From contig NC_057719.1 in assembly GCF_004010195.1 (NCBI RefSeq), forward strand, positions 68,873,430 through 68,936,621: a DNA stretch of 63,192 bases, read 5' to 3'. The translations under genes were made by a program, and so were the position numbers. The stretch's first letter is position 1. Every line of letters starts with the position of its first letter. The notes beneath the pieces are model-generated. The model had not been told where the DNA came from. It saw only the letters and a list, made by a program, of their open reading frames with translations, and made no database searches. Origin of the DNA: Chiloscyllium plagiosum (lineage: Eukaryota). Positions 23,996 through 38,578 of the stretch are shown here, one piece after another.

Positions 23996-26796
23996 CTCTT
24001 ACATATTCCAACGCTCTGCTTTCTTTCCGTCAACCAAAGCTACACCAATAAGTTACCTCAAATCCAGTGAGTCCTCATTTTATATAATAATTTCATGTTT
24101 TGAAAATCCAAAGCTACTGTATTCACTGGTTTCCCCCTTTCCTATTTTACTATCTACATCATCAAAATAATGGCAGATTTGTCACTATACAATTTTCCTT
24201 TAATAAATCTGTGTTGATTTTGTTTAATCCATTTATAATCCTCTAAGTGCCCTGTTACATGCCCCTAATAATAGATTGTCACATTTTGCCTACTCACAAT
24301 GTTAGGCTAACTGGCTTATGGTCCCTTGTTTTCTCTATTCATTCTTTATTAAGTTAGCACTGTTATGTTTTCTACCTTCCACCCCTTGGGAGCTGTTCTA
24401 CAATGTATGGAATTTGACAAGATCAAAACTAAATGCATGTGTTATCACTGCAGCTTTCTCTTTTAAAACTCTAGATCTAAGAGAATTGTCACTCCTTGGT
24501 CCCATTAATTTCTCCAGATTTACTACTTTACTTACACTGACTTATATAAATTTCTTGATCTTATTATACCTTGTTTTCACATTATTTCAATTTTTTTGCA
24601 TCTTCTTTGCATTAAAGCCATGAAGTAGTGAAGAAACGAGACTCATTATTTCACCAAAGTCCTGAGAAGATTCTTAAACAAAATTGTATATTTTTGTTTC
24701 GTAATGCGTTGTCCGTCACTACACTCTAGAACCCCTGTTGCTCGACCTGTGGCTTCCTTATAACATCCCAATCCCTTTATTTTACCACTGTCTTCAATTG
24801 TATTCCCTGTGTTCGTCATGCCAGCTTTCATAATTAATACATGGATGTATTGAACTCAGTCAAACAACACAGAAGCAGACCCTTTAGTCCACTTAGTGAA
24901 TTAATCTGTATACTTTTTAACTTTAACTTTTAATGCCTCAGATTATTTTAGTACAATAAAAGCTCTGTACAAATGTAAGTTATTGGAACTTTATGTATTT
25001 TTTTTTTATTTCTCAGCCATGTGATATGGGCAGATAGAAGGAGGATTGAAGTTTGGGGAAGTTTGTGTGAAATGTGGACACCAGTGAACACCTAGGCCAA
25101 TTAGCTTGTTTCTATGCTGCAAATTGGATTAAGATTCATATAAATGTGGGCGCAGAACAATCACAAAAAAAAGACAGTAATGCACAAATGAATTGAATTC
25201 TAGTTATTCTTGTTCTTATTTTGTCAGCCAACAAGATGACTGACAGAAGATGAATACTGCAGACTTGTCCTGAAGCAATCCTTTCAGGTTATTTCCAATA
25301 AAGGACTCAAAAATATTGTAAACCATGCATAAACACAGGTGCAATTTTTTTTCGGAATTCTGATTATTTTAGGGAGACTTACAAAGCCTGGCAATGTGAA
25401 GAGTATAGTAAAATTCTTTAAAATATACATGTATGCAATTCTGCATGAAATGTGACACTGTACATTGGATAAAAAATGATATAATATAAAAGAAAAAAAT
25501 TAGAATATCAAATTTAATCAGTAAGACTTGAACTTCAATGTGAAGCATTTTAGTGTATGAGAGACACAATGCACCACAATGTCTGGTGTATTTTAGAAAA
25601 TCATTAGTGCTATGATCATTGTTTTTTATAGGAATTGTGATTCCACAGTGATATCTGTGAGCTGAGGGTGTAATCAGTGCAAATACATGCAATAATGATA
25701 CTCAAAAGTGACTTGGTAAAAGAATCCTGTCAAAGAATTGAATTCAGACTCCGTCAATGTGAAGACTTAATAGTCAAGCTCCTTTGTTTTATTTTACTTT
25801 TGCAAAAATTAATCTCATGGGCTTTCTCAGTGTTCAAAAGGAAAACATAAAATGCTGGAAGTACACAACAGAGCTATTAGCAGATTCAAATAAAAGAAGT
25901 TTCACTTCACAAATGCTAACAGAAATGCTGTGCATCGAACATTATTTCAGATTTCCATTTGGTTTTTTAAATAGTGTGATGACTGAAGTTTGTATTGAGC
26001 AAGCTCATCTGTTCTAAATTCAATATATGGTTCTCTTGTAGAAGCAGTCAAAAAGAGGATTTTACAGATGTTCCTTCAGTAATTTGTCCAGCATAGCCAT
26101 AGTGCTATTGCAATGTGGTAAATTGTATAATGCATCAGCTTGTGGTGTCATCTATCATAGTCAAATGTCCATTTATACTATGTCAAATTCAGATTATTTG
26201 CGTATCGGTCTAATTAGACTGTAGGTCAAAAGTCCATCACATTCAAAACTAATTTCATTCCCTGGGCTGAAGTAAATTGCAGATTTGCGTTCTGTATATT
26301 CAAATGTCAGTTTAGCTTTCAAACATGATTTTAACCCATTAACATTTATATAAAATACCCAGACCTCTTTACTAATGTATTACCACAAGATATTGTTTGT
26401 TTGATCGTTGTGCGAGCCAACATCTTGAATAATTATTATTCTTACCTTGGAAAGAAAAGGAGCAAGTGAGTATTTTTGTATTGTAACTAAATTTGGGGTC
26501 AATTCTTCACAGATGAGTATTTTTGTTGACTAAGTTCAATGTAGACTTAGGAAAACCATGTTTCTTTTGGGGGCGGGGATGAGTCATAATATTTGGACAG
26601 TGATTGATGTTGCTTTGTTCTGAAGATTATCAGGGATCTTGACAATTTAATTATGAACTTTAAGGGTTGTAGAATTGCTGTATGAGAAGGAGCAGAGCAG
26701 GGGGATAGTTGCATGCTCCATTCTGACTTAGGGTTACATGCCTCACTGGGAAGTATCTGATTATTTGGGCTTCCTGAAATAGAGTCAAAACTGTAT

Positions 26797-26925
26797 TTCC
26801 TGAAAAAGAGTTATATCCGAAACGTCAACTTCTCCACCTCCTGATGCTGCCTGACATACTGTGTTCTTCTAACCTCCTGCTTGTCTATCTTGGATTCCAG
26901 CATCTGCCGTTTTATTTTGTCTCTT
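26797..26925 (+). mobile_element. Single-arm Penelope terminal-repeat fragment
   Basis: ttcctgaaaaagagttatatccgaaacgtcaac...tgatgctgcctgac...ccagcatctgc. Confidence 0.65.
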
Positions 26926-28196
26926 CCCTGAGTTCCAAGCAGAGTGCATTGATCAGCTTTTACAAATACTTTGTAAATGTCCAACAGATTTGTTTTCGAG
27001 GGAGGATTGTACTTCAGTACAGTAGGAAACGATCTCTTACAGCTGAGAACAACAGTGACATTGGCTAAGATACTGCAGGGAAGGTGTCCACTTAATAATG
27101 GCTTGGCTTGTAGGTTCAGGGATGATTCAGCCAGTACACATCAATTTCTTGTAGTCTCGCACACGTACAATCAGTTGGACCATCCGGTATCAGTAAATGC
27201 TGTCTTTCTTGTATAATGTTGAATGGGACAGGATAATGAGGACATATGTCGCATTACACCTCTCTGACTGTAGCATTTGTTTCCCAAAGAAATGTGACAT
27301 TTGTAGATTTGTTGTGGAATATTGCATACTCAATATTCTGATCTTCTTGATTCTGTTGCAGTTAGTGGTTGTAATTTTTCTTCATTTTCTGGCTTCTTTA
27401 AGGTCCCTATGCTGCCTTTTAATTTAGAATCAGATATAGACAGAGGTTGAAGATCTGCAGAAATACTAGAATTACAGGTTACTGTCAATTATTAGGGATT
27501 ACCAGCTACCCTCCAATAAAGTTTGCTTTACCATAGAGCCCTGCATCTCATGGCAATACCTTGCATTGCCTCCCAGAAAAGGCCAGCAAGGGACTAGAAA
27601 CAACTAATAATAACCATCTTCCGAGAAGCATCTCTGAAAACGATTCTTAAATTAATTTTAGAACACAGCTACATCAGACATCAATTAAAATCTAATTTGG
27701 ATCCAAATTAATAAGCCAATCTTGAGTAAAGAAAAAGGAATTTTATTACTGCCAAACCCTGAGAAAAATATTAAAACCTGACATCAAACACAATTTAAAA
27801 AGGAACAGTGCCTAATATGAAAAGGAAGATCAAGATACTTTAAAATGTCCTTAGAATATTTTGTGGATAGGTTTTAACCTGAGATCGTGATTGTTTAGTT
27901 GATATCTTGATCCTCAGATATGGCAACATGTGTGGATCAATTTGTGTTCTCAGCAAATAGATATTTTTCCAATTTGCTTTATTGTCAGACATTGTCTTCT
28001 GAGGATCTAAAGCAAATAGAGAAAGAGAGAACGTGTCTCCCAGTACTGTCATTACAAAACCTATTTTCTTTTCTCTGCAAAAAAAACCATGTTCCCATGT
28101 CTGGCTGTGTTGTTTCTTCAAGCTAGATAATCTGTAGCTGACTTTTATTCCAAGATGTGAAAAGTGTAGGAATATTTGAATCAAACAAGAGATGAT

Positions 28197-28497
28197 TGGT
28201 TAGCACTGCTGCCTCACAGCGCCAGAGACCCAAGTTCAATTCCAGCCTCGGGCAACTGTCTGTGTGGGGTTTGCACATTCTCCCCGTGTCTGTGTGGGTT
28301 TCCTCTGGGTGCTCCGGTTTCCTCCCACAGTCCAAAGATGTGCAGGTTAGGTGAATTGGCCATGCTAAATTGCCTGTAGTGTTAGGTATAGGGGAATGGG
28401 TCTGGGTGGGTTGCTCTTCGGAGGGTCGGTGTGGACTTGTTGGGCCGAAGGGCCTGTTTCCATACTGTAAGTAATCTAATTTAATTTAATCTAATCT
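28197..28497 (+). mobile_element. HE1-type V-SINE
   Basis: Near-identical to 19750-20068, slightly 5'-truncated. Confidence 0.9.
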
Positions 28498-29848
28498 CAT
28501 GATGGTCTGAGTTTCACTACCTCTTCATAATGATGTTAATTTTAGTTCTGCAGCATTCTTGTTTCTTTTTTTTTCACTGCATTTGTCTCAACTGGGTCCG
28601 TTGATCATGTAGCCCACCTTAAGTCAGCGCTTTTAAGTTTTTACCCACAAAAAGTCTCATGTATTAAATCAGACGATGGAAGTCAAAAATTGGTAGTAAT
28701 TTTTACTGCTATCGTAACAATTCCACATCATTGTCTTGTGACTGTAGCACTTCTCTTTGGAAATGCACATTCCCTTTACTCAGGGAATGAAGTCTGAAGA
28801 ACTTACTTTACAAATAATATTCTTGTCAACTTTGTTTCTGTCTTTTTGATAGTAGCATTTAGGCACTCTGATCCTAGCAGCTCACAGAAGTCAGCCCTGA
28901 TGTTGTTTTTTTTTCCTGCAGGTGAAATCAGAAGGCTCTCAGTGCAGTGGAACACAAACAAAAGTCCACAGCTTGCCACTGTGCTATACCTTACAGTTGT
29001 TTTCTGTCTTGGCATTTGTAGGATAGAGAATCTGTGCATACTTTCAAAAAGAAGATTTGATAAAAGATCAATATTTTCTGTAACAGTCTTTCTTTCATAG
29101 TACTGTTTCCCTGGTACTGTACTGAATACTAATTTTACAGCCTAAGGCAAAATAGTGCTAAGTGAGTAATTCATGTATAAAAACAAGCACATTCAGCAGT
29201 ATCTCATTACTGTAATTTCTCTGTATTAGGAGTGCACTGATATGTTTCATAAATTAATACGTTTTATATTGCAAAGATTTACATTGCCTGCTGTGGATTA
29301 GTCATGCATTATGCCACACTCTTTAGCTTTGGGAATTGGCCCAAAACTAGAGTGAAAACAAGCTAGTGGTACACTAAGTGATATGGCTAAGTGGAAGGTC
29401 GCTGTCAAAACTATAGCATTAAAAGCAAATCAAATTTTTGGGTGGCCCTGTTAGTACAGCCCTTAAGATACATTGATGCTGTGCCACAGAGTGGTAAGAG
29501 AAACATTTTATGCCTTCTGTGGTTAGTCTTCAACCTGAACTGGGCATTCCTGCAGTTAGTGCCAAGCAGTCCTACCTCAAAGGAAGTGGAGAATATCAGG
29601 AAATGGATCTGCATGCTTGTCACTGTCTTGTAACTCTTTTTGAGCTTTACACTGCAACAGTGGGCAAGAAATGGATCATCTGTCCTATCAGTCAGAGTGG
29701 ATGTGGATAAGTGAAGGTATATTGTCAAAAATCAAGAAATATGAAGTAAAAAGCAATGTGCTGAATTTTATATTTTGACTAAGCGTCATTTCTGTCAGGT
29801 TTATTACAAGGTTCTCTCCGTGAGGCCGAGTGTGTTTTCACAGAGGTT

Positions 29849-30220
29849 CATCGAATCCCCATGGTGTGGAAACAGACCCTTTGACCCAACAAGCACACAC
29901 CAACCCTCTGAACACTAACCCACCCAGACCCACTCCCCTTCCACTCCATATTTCACCCCTGACTAATGCATCTAACCTATAGATCCATGAACACTATGGG
30001 CAATTTAGCATGGCCAATACACCCAACCTGCTCATCTTTGAGATGAGATGAGAAAAAGATCTCACAATCTTTGGATTGTGGGAGGAAACCGGAGTGCCTG
30101 GAGGAAACCCAGACAGAGAGAGAATGTGCAAACTCCACACAGTCACCCGAGGCTGGAATTGAACCTGGGTCCTTGACGTTGTGAGGCTGCAGTGCTAACC
30201 ACTGAGCCACCATACCGCCC
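29849..30220 (-). mobile_element. HE1-type V-SINE (older, with small internal insertion)
   Basis: Reverse-complement HE1 head ...gtgctaaccactgagccacc. Confidence 0.85.
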
Positions 30221-31848
30221 CACAGTGTCTTTTATTATTGTTCCAAACTCACCTTACTGACTACTTACCATATTCCTGTGGTACTCTTCTTGTCTGATGG
30301 GGCCCAGTTCTTCCATTTACAATTGCCAGAAGGATTCTTCACTATCTGGATATTCTAGGATCCCTAATGCTGACGCCACCATTCAAAGGCAGTTGGGGAT
30401 AGTTCAGTGAGACCAGAGGACAAACAGTGTTTTGGCATGGACTGTGTTAAATTTGTGAAGGCAGCCTCCTGTTTTCTAGCCAAAGTGTTAAGGAACTTTT
30501 CCCTGGGGCTCCCTCCTGTTCTTCTGGTCCGTCTTCCACCTGGGGAAGACAGCTCCCTGACGAGGAGTGCAGCCTAGAAGGGCCACCTGATGAGGATTGC
30601 CATCTGCCCCCGAACACTTGGTGATAACCCAATTCCTACGGACAGATAGCTTACACTATGTCAATCAATTGTCTGAATCCTTTCAGCCAGTAAAGGTGGG
30701 CAGCTACACATGACATCAGATGACTATTGTCCCCTGCCTCATTCTATTTAAAGGTAAGTTTTTATCCATTCCAAGAATAAAAACTTATTATTTTCCAATA
30801 TCACTGTAGTCATAATAGAATAGTGTGGCACACAATAAATCTTTTCATTATGCTTGGAGAAGGCTAGTTACTATGTAGCACAATTAAATGAGGCCTTATG
30901 CTACACTGGAAATGCTAAATCTGGAATATAAAAAAACAGTTTTAAAGGGGACCTGAGTTTCTAAAATGTAATAATTTATTAAATAGGTATATCTGGAATT
31001 TTGGACATTCATTTGTCTTCTCTGGAGTTTCTTTCAATTCTCCTTCGAAGTTTTGACAGAGTTTGTAAAAATTGATACTTCCACTGTTTTTGGTGAGCCA
31101 TGTGGATCAGGAACCCCTCAGTTTTGATCCTGGTCAAAACATAGTATCAATGGCATAAAGGTAGAATTAGGTTCAGACTTAATGGTCGTTATGGCACATA
31201 GCCTGCCAGCACCTACCACAATCCTCACTTGTACAAAATTGCATCTGATCACATTTATTGAAGTCAGATAATGACATATCAGTTCATAACACGTGTATCC
31301 TTCTGAGGACATGCTAATTATTAATGATTGCTATCAACTTCTCTGACCCAGAAAGTGAATAAATGTAAAGTGTGATTTCTTCAGGTTGTGAATTGTATTT
31401 GGGGATTTGAGAAAAGTCAAATCTTCAAAAATAGCTGCTTTTTCTTTTTGCGTTTTTGCACCTCTCAATCTTATTTTCTTTTATCCAAATTTATTTCTTT
31501 TTTTGGACTTGATTTGACATTGAATTGAGCTTCTCATCCTCCTACTTATTTCTCAATTTCTAAACCCAGTGGTTAAAGAGTCACACTGTGGTTCCCAAAA
31601 TTCACCAAAGTCCCAGATGCTTTATAGTCCTCAAAATGCCATTATCAGCTCACACTGTAATCTTATGAGCTAAGAAGGTGAAGGGTGGATGAAAATGTCT
31701 AGCCAATTGGCTGTGGTTGAGGTCCTATTCTACCATTTCCAGACTCGTATCAGAATGTTTGTTCTTGTCTTCTGGGACTTGGTAAGACATCTTGAATGGA
31801 AAGGTGTCTATGATTAAAGTATTCGTGCATTGATAAGTAGTAGAAGTG

Positions 31849-32040
31849 GGCAGGTCAGGCAGCATCTGAGGAGCAGGAAAATCAACATTTCGGGCAAAAC
31901 CCCTTCATCACCATTCGTGATGAAGGGCTTTTGCCCGAAATGTTGATTTCCCTGCTCCTTGGATGCTGCCTGACCTGCTGTGCTTTTCCAGCACCACTCT
32001 AATCTAGACTCTGATTTCCAGCATCTGCAGTCCTCACTTC
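31849..32040. mobile_element. Penelope-derived fold-back element, 10-bp TSD
   Basis: Arms at about 31850-31911 / 31917-31978; TSD agtagaagtg at 31839-31848 and 32041-32050. Confidence 0.85.
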
Positions 32041-32158
32041 AGTAGAAGTGTACCTGATGGACTAACTGACCTCTTAGAGTCATCATGTTTTATAGCAAGG
32101 AAAGAGGCCCTTCGTCCCATCATGTCCATGCTGGTCAGTGAGTGCCTATCTACTCATA

Positions 32159-32293
32159 GGAGGAGAAAGTGAGGTCTGCAGATGCTGGAGATCAAAGTTG
32201 AAACTTTATTGCTGGAACAGCACAGCAGGTCAGGCAGCATCCAGGGAACAGGAGATTCGATGTTTCGGGCACAGGCCCTTCTTCAGGAATCAA
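32159..32293 (-). mobile_element. Single-arm Penelope-derived element, 14-bp TSD, ending at a hammerhead-like core
   Basis: TSD cctatctactcata at 32145-32158 and 32294-32307; minus strand AUUC-CUGAAGA-A-GGGC-CUGU-GCCC-GAAAC-AUC-GAAU at 32255-32290. Confidence 0.85.
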
Positions 32294-33270
32294 CCTATCT
32301 ACTCATAATTATCTGCAGTTGTGTATCAGAAAGCAACTATATGAAGCCAATAACTTAAATACATATTTTAGAGTTAATAAGATTGCATTCAGTAATTCTG
32401 TAAGTTTAATATTACATTGCAATTAATCTTGAATATTTTATAAGAATTTGATGGTCTCCTGAGTCGTTTGACAAAACTGCTGGTCCTGAGGTAAAATACA
32501 GCAGAATGCTTCACCAATACAAAGTGGAAGAAAACTTAGCAATTTCTGGCCACACAGAAGCCTCATAAAGTAATTGAAATAAGAACATTATTGCAATGAG
32601 CTGGTAGTAGTTGGACTGCTTTAAGCATCAGGCAATAAATTAGCTTATGTAAAAATAGACACTAAGTATACTCAGCATTTCATCTGTTAATTTTATGCCT
32701 CCACATTGTTTATCCAAAGAAGATTATTATTCTTTGCAACAGTTGAGTATTAGCTCAAGGAAAAAGTAAGTATTGATTTGTAATGAATTTCAGCCTTTTC
32801 ATGCAATGATGTTTCATCAACATGTAGAAATGCTGCAAAAATATTTAAAAGCTGCTACAGCTGTAGTCACTTTTACATTGACCCACATTGATGTAGCATG
32901 TTTTCCGAAACAGTCCCTTTCAATTTGTGGCATCAACTTAACAGAAAACTAGTCACTCTAAATATGCAATTCCCATTTGGTTTCAGATTATACTTTTTGT
33001 ACCATATTACTACTGTAAATATTGTGAAATATAACATAGAATTTCCACTATTCCAAAAATACTTGCTAAGCACCTTAAAAAAAGGACCTTATTCATTGTT
33101 GCTGAACTATTTTTACAGTAGCTATTATAAACATTGAGGTAGCATTTTGAGGTTCCTAAAATACATGATGGGTCTACAGCATAAAGATTGCTGTCAGGAA
33201 AACCTTACATTTTATTTCTGTGTTAAAAACAGGAATATTTATGTGACATGTTTTAGGGAATGTCCAGCCC

Positions 33271-33584
33271 CAGTGGTTAGCACTGTTGCATCACAGCACC
33301 AGAGACCCGGGTTCAATTCCTGCCTCAGGCGACTGACTGTGTGAAGTTTGCACATTCTCCCCATGTCTGCGTGGGTTTCCTCCGGGTGCTCCAGTTTCCT
33401 CCCACAGTCCAAAAATGTGCAGGTCAGATGAATTGGCCATGCTAAATTGCCCGTAGTGTTAGGTGAAGGAATAAACGTAGGGGAATGGGTCTGGGTGAGT
33501 TGCGCTTCGGTGGGTCGGTGTGGACTTGTTGAGCCGAAGAGCCTGTTCCAACACTGTAAGTAATCTAATCTAGTAATCTAATCT
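33271..33584 (+). mobile_element. HE1-type V-SINE
   Basis: B box, V-domain and TAATC tail. Confidence 0.9.
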
Positions 33585-36220
33585 GTTTACAAACCTGGTA
33601 AAATGATGACAGTACATCTGGGAAAAATACTGATAATTGCTAAAGGCAAAACCTAAAATAAAATTAGTTCAAAAAATGACTCTAAAGAGGTGCTATAATC
33701 AAAGCATCAGAACTAGGAATAGTGGAGAGGAAAATATATTAAACAAGGGAAACCAGTTAATTTGTGACAGTAAAAACTAAAGTTTCAATTACTAAAATCA
33801 GAGAAATACTCGAGTTTACTTTATCAAGGGATAAATTGGGATTCTGAATTACTAATCCACTGCAACATTGGGATTTTGGCTTTCCCAATGTTGGTTCTTG
33901 CATCCAAATTGAAGTCAAAGTATTCTTTGCTACACTGCAAGGTTGTTTACCAAAATAGTCAAAATGTGAAGTCATGATCTATTATCATCAATTTTCTTAC
34001 CATTGAAATTTGGGAATAAATATGAAGTATTCATATCACATTTTAAGAAAGCTGAATTTCATTACCACTGTTCCACATTGCTCTCAAGAAAAACATTATT
34101 TGTGCTCCCTCCCCTCTTTTTTAATTACCTTCATGTTTGCAGTTCTCATTTACCTTTGATGTGCTTAGTCAAGCCTTCTGGCCTGAATTGATTCTATTTT
34201 CTGAAAAAGTTTTCATTTTTGTTTGTCAGCTTCTTTGTCATGTTTTAAGCTCTGTTCCTCTTCTTTCCTTTTGGTGTTGTGTCTCAACACTGAACTGAAA
34301 TTTGTTGTCTTTCTATGCAATGTGCCACTGTACCCTGGATAGATGCCATTGGACTTATTTTGGGTCACAGCATTGATTAATGGTAAGATGCAATGTGAAA
34401 CTTCCAGAAAATGAAGGACTATATGGTCACTTTATTTAATAAAGAAAGCGTGGAAAATTGTCTCAAGTGCAAAATGAGCAATGTTTGTTCAGCTGCCTTT
34501 ACACATAACATGTAAAATTTAATTTCAATGAATGAAATGAATCTGTAACAGGCAGCAAATCCAATATCACCTGCTTTGTACCACTTCTGAGAAGATGTTA
34601 TACCCCATGATCTGAAACTAAGCTAATTTAAAACAAGTCACCTGTTCTTCAGTATCTAAAATGCTGTTTATCTTCTCTGTTAAAATGTTATCATTTTTAG
34701 CGGACTGCTTCAGCCTTCTCTGTTACTGCAGCTCAGTGACTAATCTTAAAGCAAACTAATTAGAAATGCTGGTCATTTAATAGTCTTCCAATACATTGTA
34801 GTATGACACTCGTGTTAGTTATTTATTATTTCTAATAGGCACATGCCAATCACTAAAGTACCTTTAGAGGTATTTCACCTTTGTTTTCTGGAGTTGGAAT
34901 GAGAAGATATGGTTCTTAATTACAGTGTATCATCTCTATATGGTTCCTGAGCAACAGCAATTTTAATATAATTTCACACAGTTATATACTTTTGGTGAGA
35001 AAACAATTTCTTGCACAGTATAATTGTGCTAAGCCATTTAATAAATACAATGTTAGTGATCTTTTTATTGTTTTAAATCTTTTTTCAATATCAAGCTGTA
35101 AAATTAATGTATTATTTAGTTTAGTGAATTCACTTCTGAGGAGTGTTATGTTTGGTTGATGAGCTCTTCCTAAACAGTTCACCATCTTTGTTAAGAATAA
35201 GTGTACATGTAATGTTAGCTGCACTGTTGCTTACAATGATCCAAATGCCTTATAAAACATGTGAGATTATGCCAATTGAGGTTACTGATTTATTAGCAAT
35301 AAAAAATGGAACTTGGATTTGGGAAAATTGAAAAGAGTGCAAAGGGAGTGTAGTCCAAAGTTTTCATATTGCAGAACCTAGATAGGTCGAAAGAGCAAAC
35401 GCTGTGAGGACAATGACTGGCAAAAAGCTGTGTAGAACAAGATCTTACTCACAATCCCAAAACCACAAATCCTCTCATCAAACCTGGCTGCAACCTGTAC
35501 ATGAATGCAAAGCAAGCCTAGATATAATATTTGAGCAAAAAATGTAAGATAAGAAAGTTTAAAGAGCGAATGTATGGTTTGTGAGAGTGGATACATTTAG
35601 TTGAGGAATGGGTACTGGCCGAATAAGTATGTAGATGCTTAGATATTTTAAAAGGGCATTTTATGGATTGGTTAGAGAGCAACAAGGGAACTGAATTCTT
35701 AAAATGTATACAGATCTCCTTCCTCTGGTAGCACACTATCAGGTGAACAAATGCAGAGGTGTGCTTAGATCTCGTTGCTAATAATAAAAAATCAGTAAAA
35801 TTAACTAAATATTGGAGATTTCCTTCAAATGAATGTTGACATGTTCAGATGACTAGAAACTGAGGCAGCTGAGAGTCCGAAAAATGCAAAGGGTTCATTC
35901 TATGAGTATGTACCTAAGTGGATACAGCTTGGCATGAGAGCATCTTCCTGATTATAGCACACTTACACACTGTGCAATCATGTCCGGTATCCAAGCTTGC
36001 TGATTATCTTTTAACAACAAGCAACCTGAAACTATTATACGTTTGTAATTGTGAGAGAAGCTAGGTACGTCTGTGGTCAATGCATTCCACAGGAATTGTG
36101 TTATTTGTAGAATTAACCAGTTCCTCCGCTTTTCATGTTGCACAATGACCATGCCTCTATATTTAAAGTCATAAGTGTTCCACTGTGTCTTTTCATGGTG
36201 ATTGTTTCTCTACAACTTTA

Positions 36221-36430
36221 GTGTCTGCATGGGTTTCCTCCGGGTGCTCCGGTTTCCTCCCACAGTCCAAAGATGTGCAGGGTCAGGTGAATTGACCATG
36301 CTAAATTGCCCGTAGTGTTAGGCAAGGGGTAAATGTAGGGGTATGGGTGGGTTTCGCTTCGGCGGGTCGGTGTGGACTTGTTGGGCCGAAGGGCCTGTTT
36401 CCACACTGTAATGTAATCTAAAAAATCTAA
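36221..36430 (+). mobile_element. HE1-type V-SINE, 5'-truncated
   Basis: Starts inside the V-domain; intact tail. Confidence 0.88.
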
Positions 36431-36546
36431 TTGCGTGCACACCAATGTGCTCTTTGTGATTTTAAACAGGTTCAACTCTATTTAATGCAACCATTTCACT
36501 TGAGGATTAAATAACTCCTTGGTTTACATATACAGTAATGTAATGG

Positions 36547-36761
36547 ATCAAAAAGTACGGTTCTGGAAAAGCACAGCCAGTCAGGCAGCATTCGAGGAGT
36601 AGGAGAGTCAACGTTTCAGGCATAAACTCTTCATCAAAAGCTTATGCTCGAAACATCAACTCTTCTGCTCCTTAGATGCTGCCTGGTTGGCTATGCTTTT
36701 CCAACATCACACTTTATGATTCTGATCTCTAGCATCTGCAGTCCTCACTTGCTCCACCAAT
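36547..36761. mobile_element. Penelope-derived fold-back element, 8-bp TSD
   Basis: Imperfect inverted arms around cttcatcaaaagc; tgtaatgg at 36539-36546 and 36762-36769. Confidence 0.75.
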
Positions 36762-37516
36762 TGTAATGGTCCTGTCTTCTTTTATAAATTTAATTAGGTT
36801 TCATTTTTGATTTAATAAATAACTGCATCTCTATCCCTTTTGATGTCTACAACGACATGTCACCCCTATACCTAGATTGCTATTAATTTCAACACCTGTA
36901 CCTTATTTCAGGAATAATCACAATGTTGAATCTCAAAATTAGAACTCCAACTTCTATTGAGACAGATTCTTGACTGGTAAACTAAGTGAGGTTAAGGTTG
37001 TATGAGTAACTGGCACACACAACTGGAGGATACAATGAAACATTTATTAAAATAAGAGAGATTGCAAAGATAGAGAATGACAAAATAATAGAACTTGCAG
37101 ACCACAAACGTAATAATGTATTCACCAAAATAAATGACAAAATTTTTTAAAACACAAGCAATCAAGGTGGATGTGGAAAGCTGAGAGGGGGTCAAAAGAA
37201 AAAAAATTTAAAGGAACATGGAAGTGTTTTACAGATGGATCAGTAATCACTTGTTAAAGGTGAACTGGAAATCTTAAGAGAGGAGAATTGTCAGTTTATG
37301 GATCATGATCAAAAATGACACTGATATTAATTAAGTGAGTATTTCTATGCTCCACTTAGAAAATAATTCTGCAAGAGAATATAAACTCAAGGAGTGTAAT
37401 AATCAACATTAAGAATAATTAGAGGAGGGGGGCCAGAAGGTTTGAGAGAAGTGAAATGTACGCTTATAAAGCAAAAAGATTTGGCAGAGTTTCAGAGTAG
37501 CCTTTTGGATAACGAT

Positions 37517-37724
37517 GGTAAAAACAAGGACTGCAGATGCTGGAAACCAGAGTCTAGATTAGAGTGGTGCTGGAAAAGCACAGCAGGTCAGGCAGCATCT
37601 GAGGTGTAGGAAAATCGACGTTTCGGGAAAAAGCTCTTCATCAGGAATAGGGCGCTATTCCAGATGAAGGACTTTTGCCCGAAACGCCGATTTTCCTGCT
37701 TTTCCAGCACCACTCTAACCTAGA
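37517..37724. mobile_element. Penelope-derived fold-back element, 15-bp TSD
   Basis: TSD cttttggataa(c/t)gat at 37502-37516 and 37725-37739; two back-to-back degraded hammerhead-like cores. Confidence 0.85.
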
Positions 37725-38578
37725 CTTTTGGATAATGATACCAAGAGTATGACAGGAAGGGGCAGAGTAGACAAACATAGAAAAGGAGCAATAAATAAGA
37801 TCAAAAGGGGAAATACTGGTTAAAAAGGTAAAATTGATTGCTCTTTGTTTGAATGCTCATAGTGTTCAGTACAAAATACACAGACCAACTGGGCAAATTA
37901 ACTGTGTAGGTTAATGGGTATGATCTTAAAAGCCATTACAGAAACACGGTTACCAGGAAATCAAAGCTGGGAACTAAATATTCAGGTGTATATGACTTTT
38001 CAAAAGGACAGATAGGAACAAAGTGTACTGGGGTCAAATTGTTGGCATGGGATGGAATGAGTACTATAGCAAGAAATGCTCTTGAATTGGAAGAAGGATG
38101 ACCCATGTGTGTGGAGGTAAGAAATATAAGGGAAGGAAATCACTGGTAGGACTGGTCTGTAGCCCCTCCCCCCATCAGCAGCTACATTGTGTGACAGAGA
38201 ATAAATCATGAGGAAATCAAGACACATAACAAAGACAGTGCAATCACCAATGATTTTAATCTTCATGTAGATTGGGATAGACAGATTGGTAGAAAAAGCT
38301 AAGAAGAAGATATCATAACATGCATTTGGGATAGTGTCCTAGAAGAATAAATAATGTCAGAGTAAAATATCTCCTCGGAAACAGTGGCCATAATGTGATA
38401 GAATGTAGCATTTAGTTTGAGAGGGAGGAACTTGGGTTGGAAACAAGTGTGCTAAACCTACGCATAATCACAAAGAAATGAGGGATGAGCTGGCTGAAAT
38501 GGTCTGGGGAAGGAGTTTATCAGCCAAGACAATTCAGGTTCAATAGCAGACGTTTGAAAAAAATGGTTAGTGGCTCAC

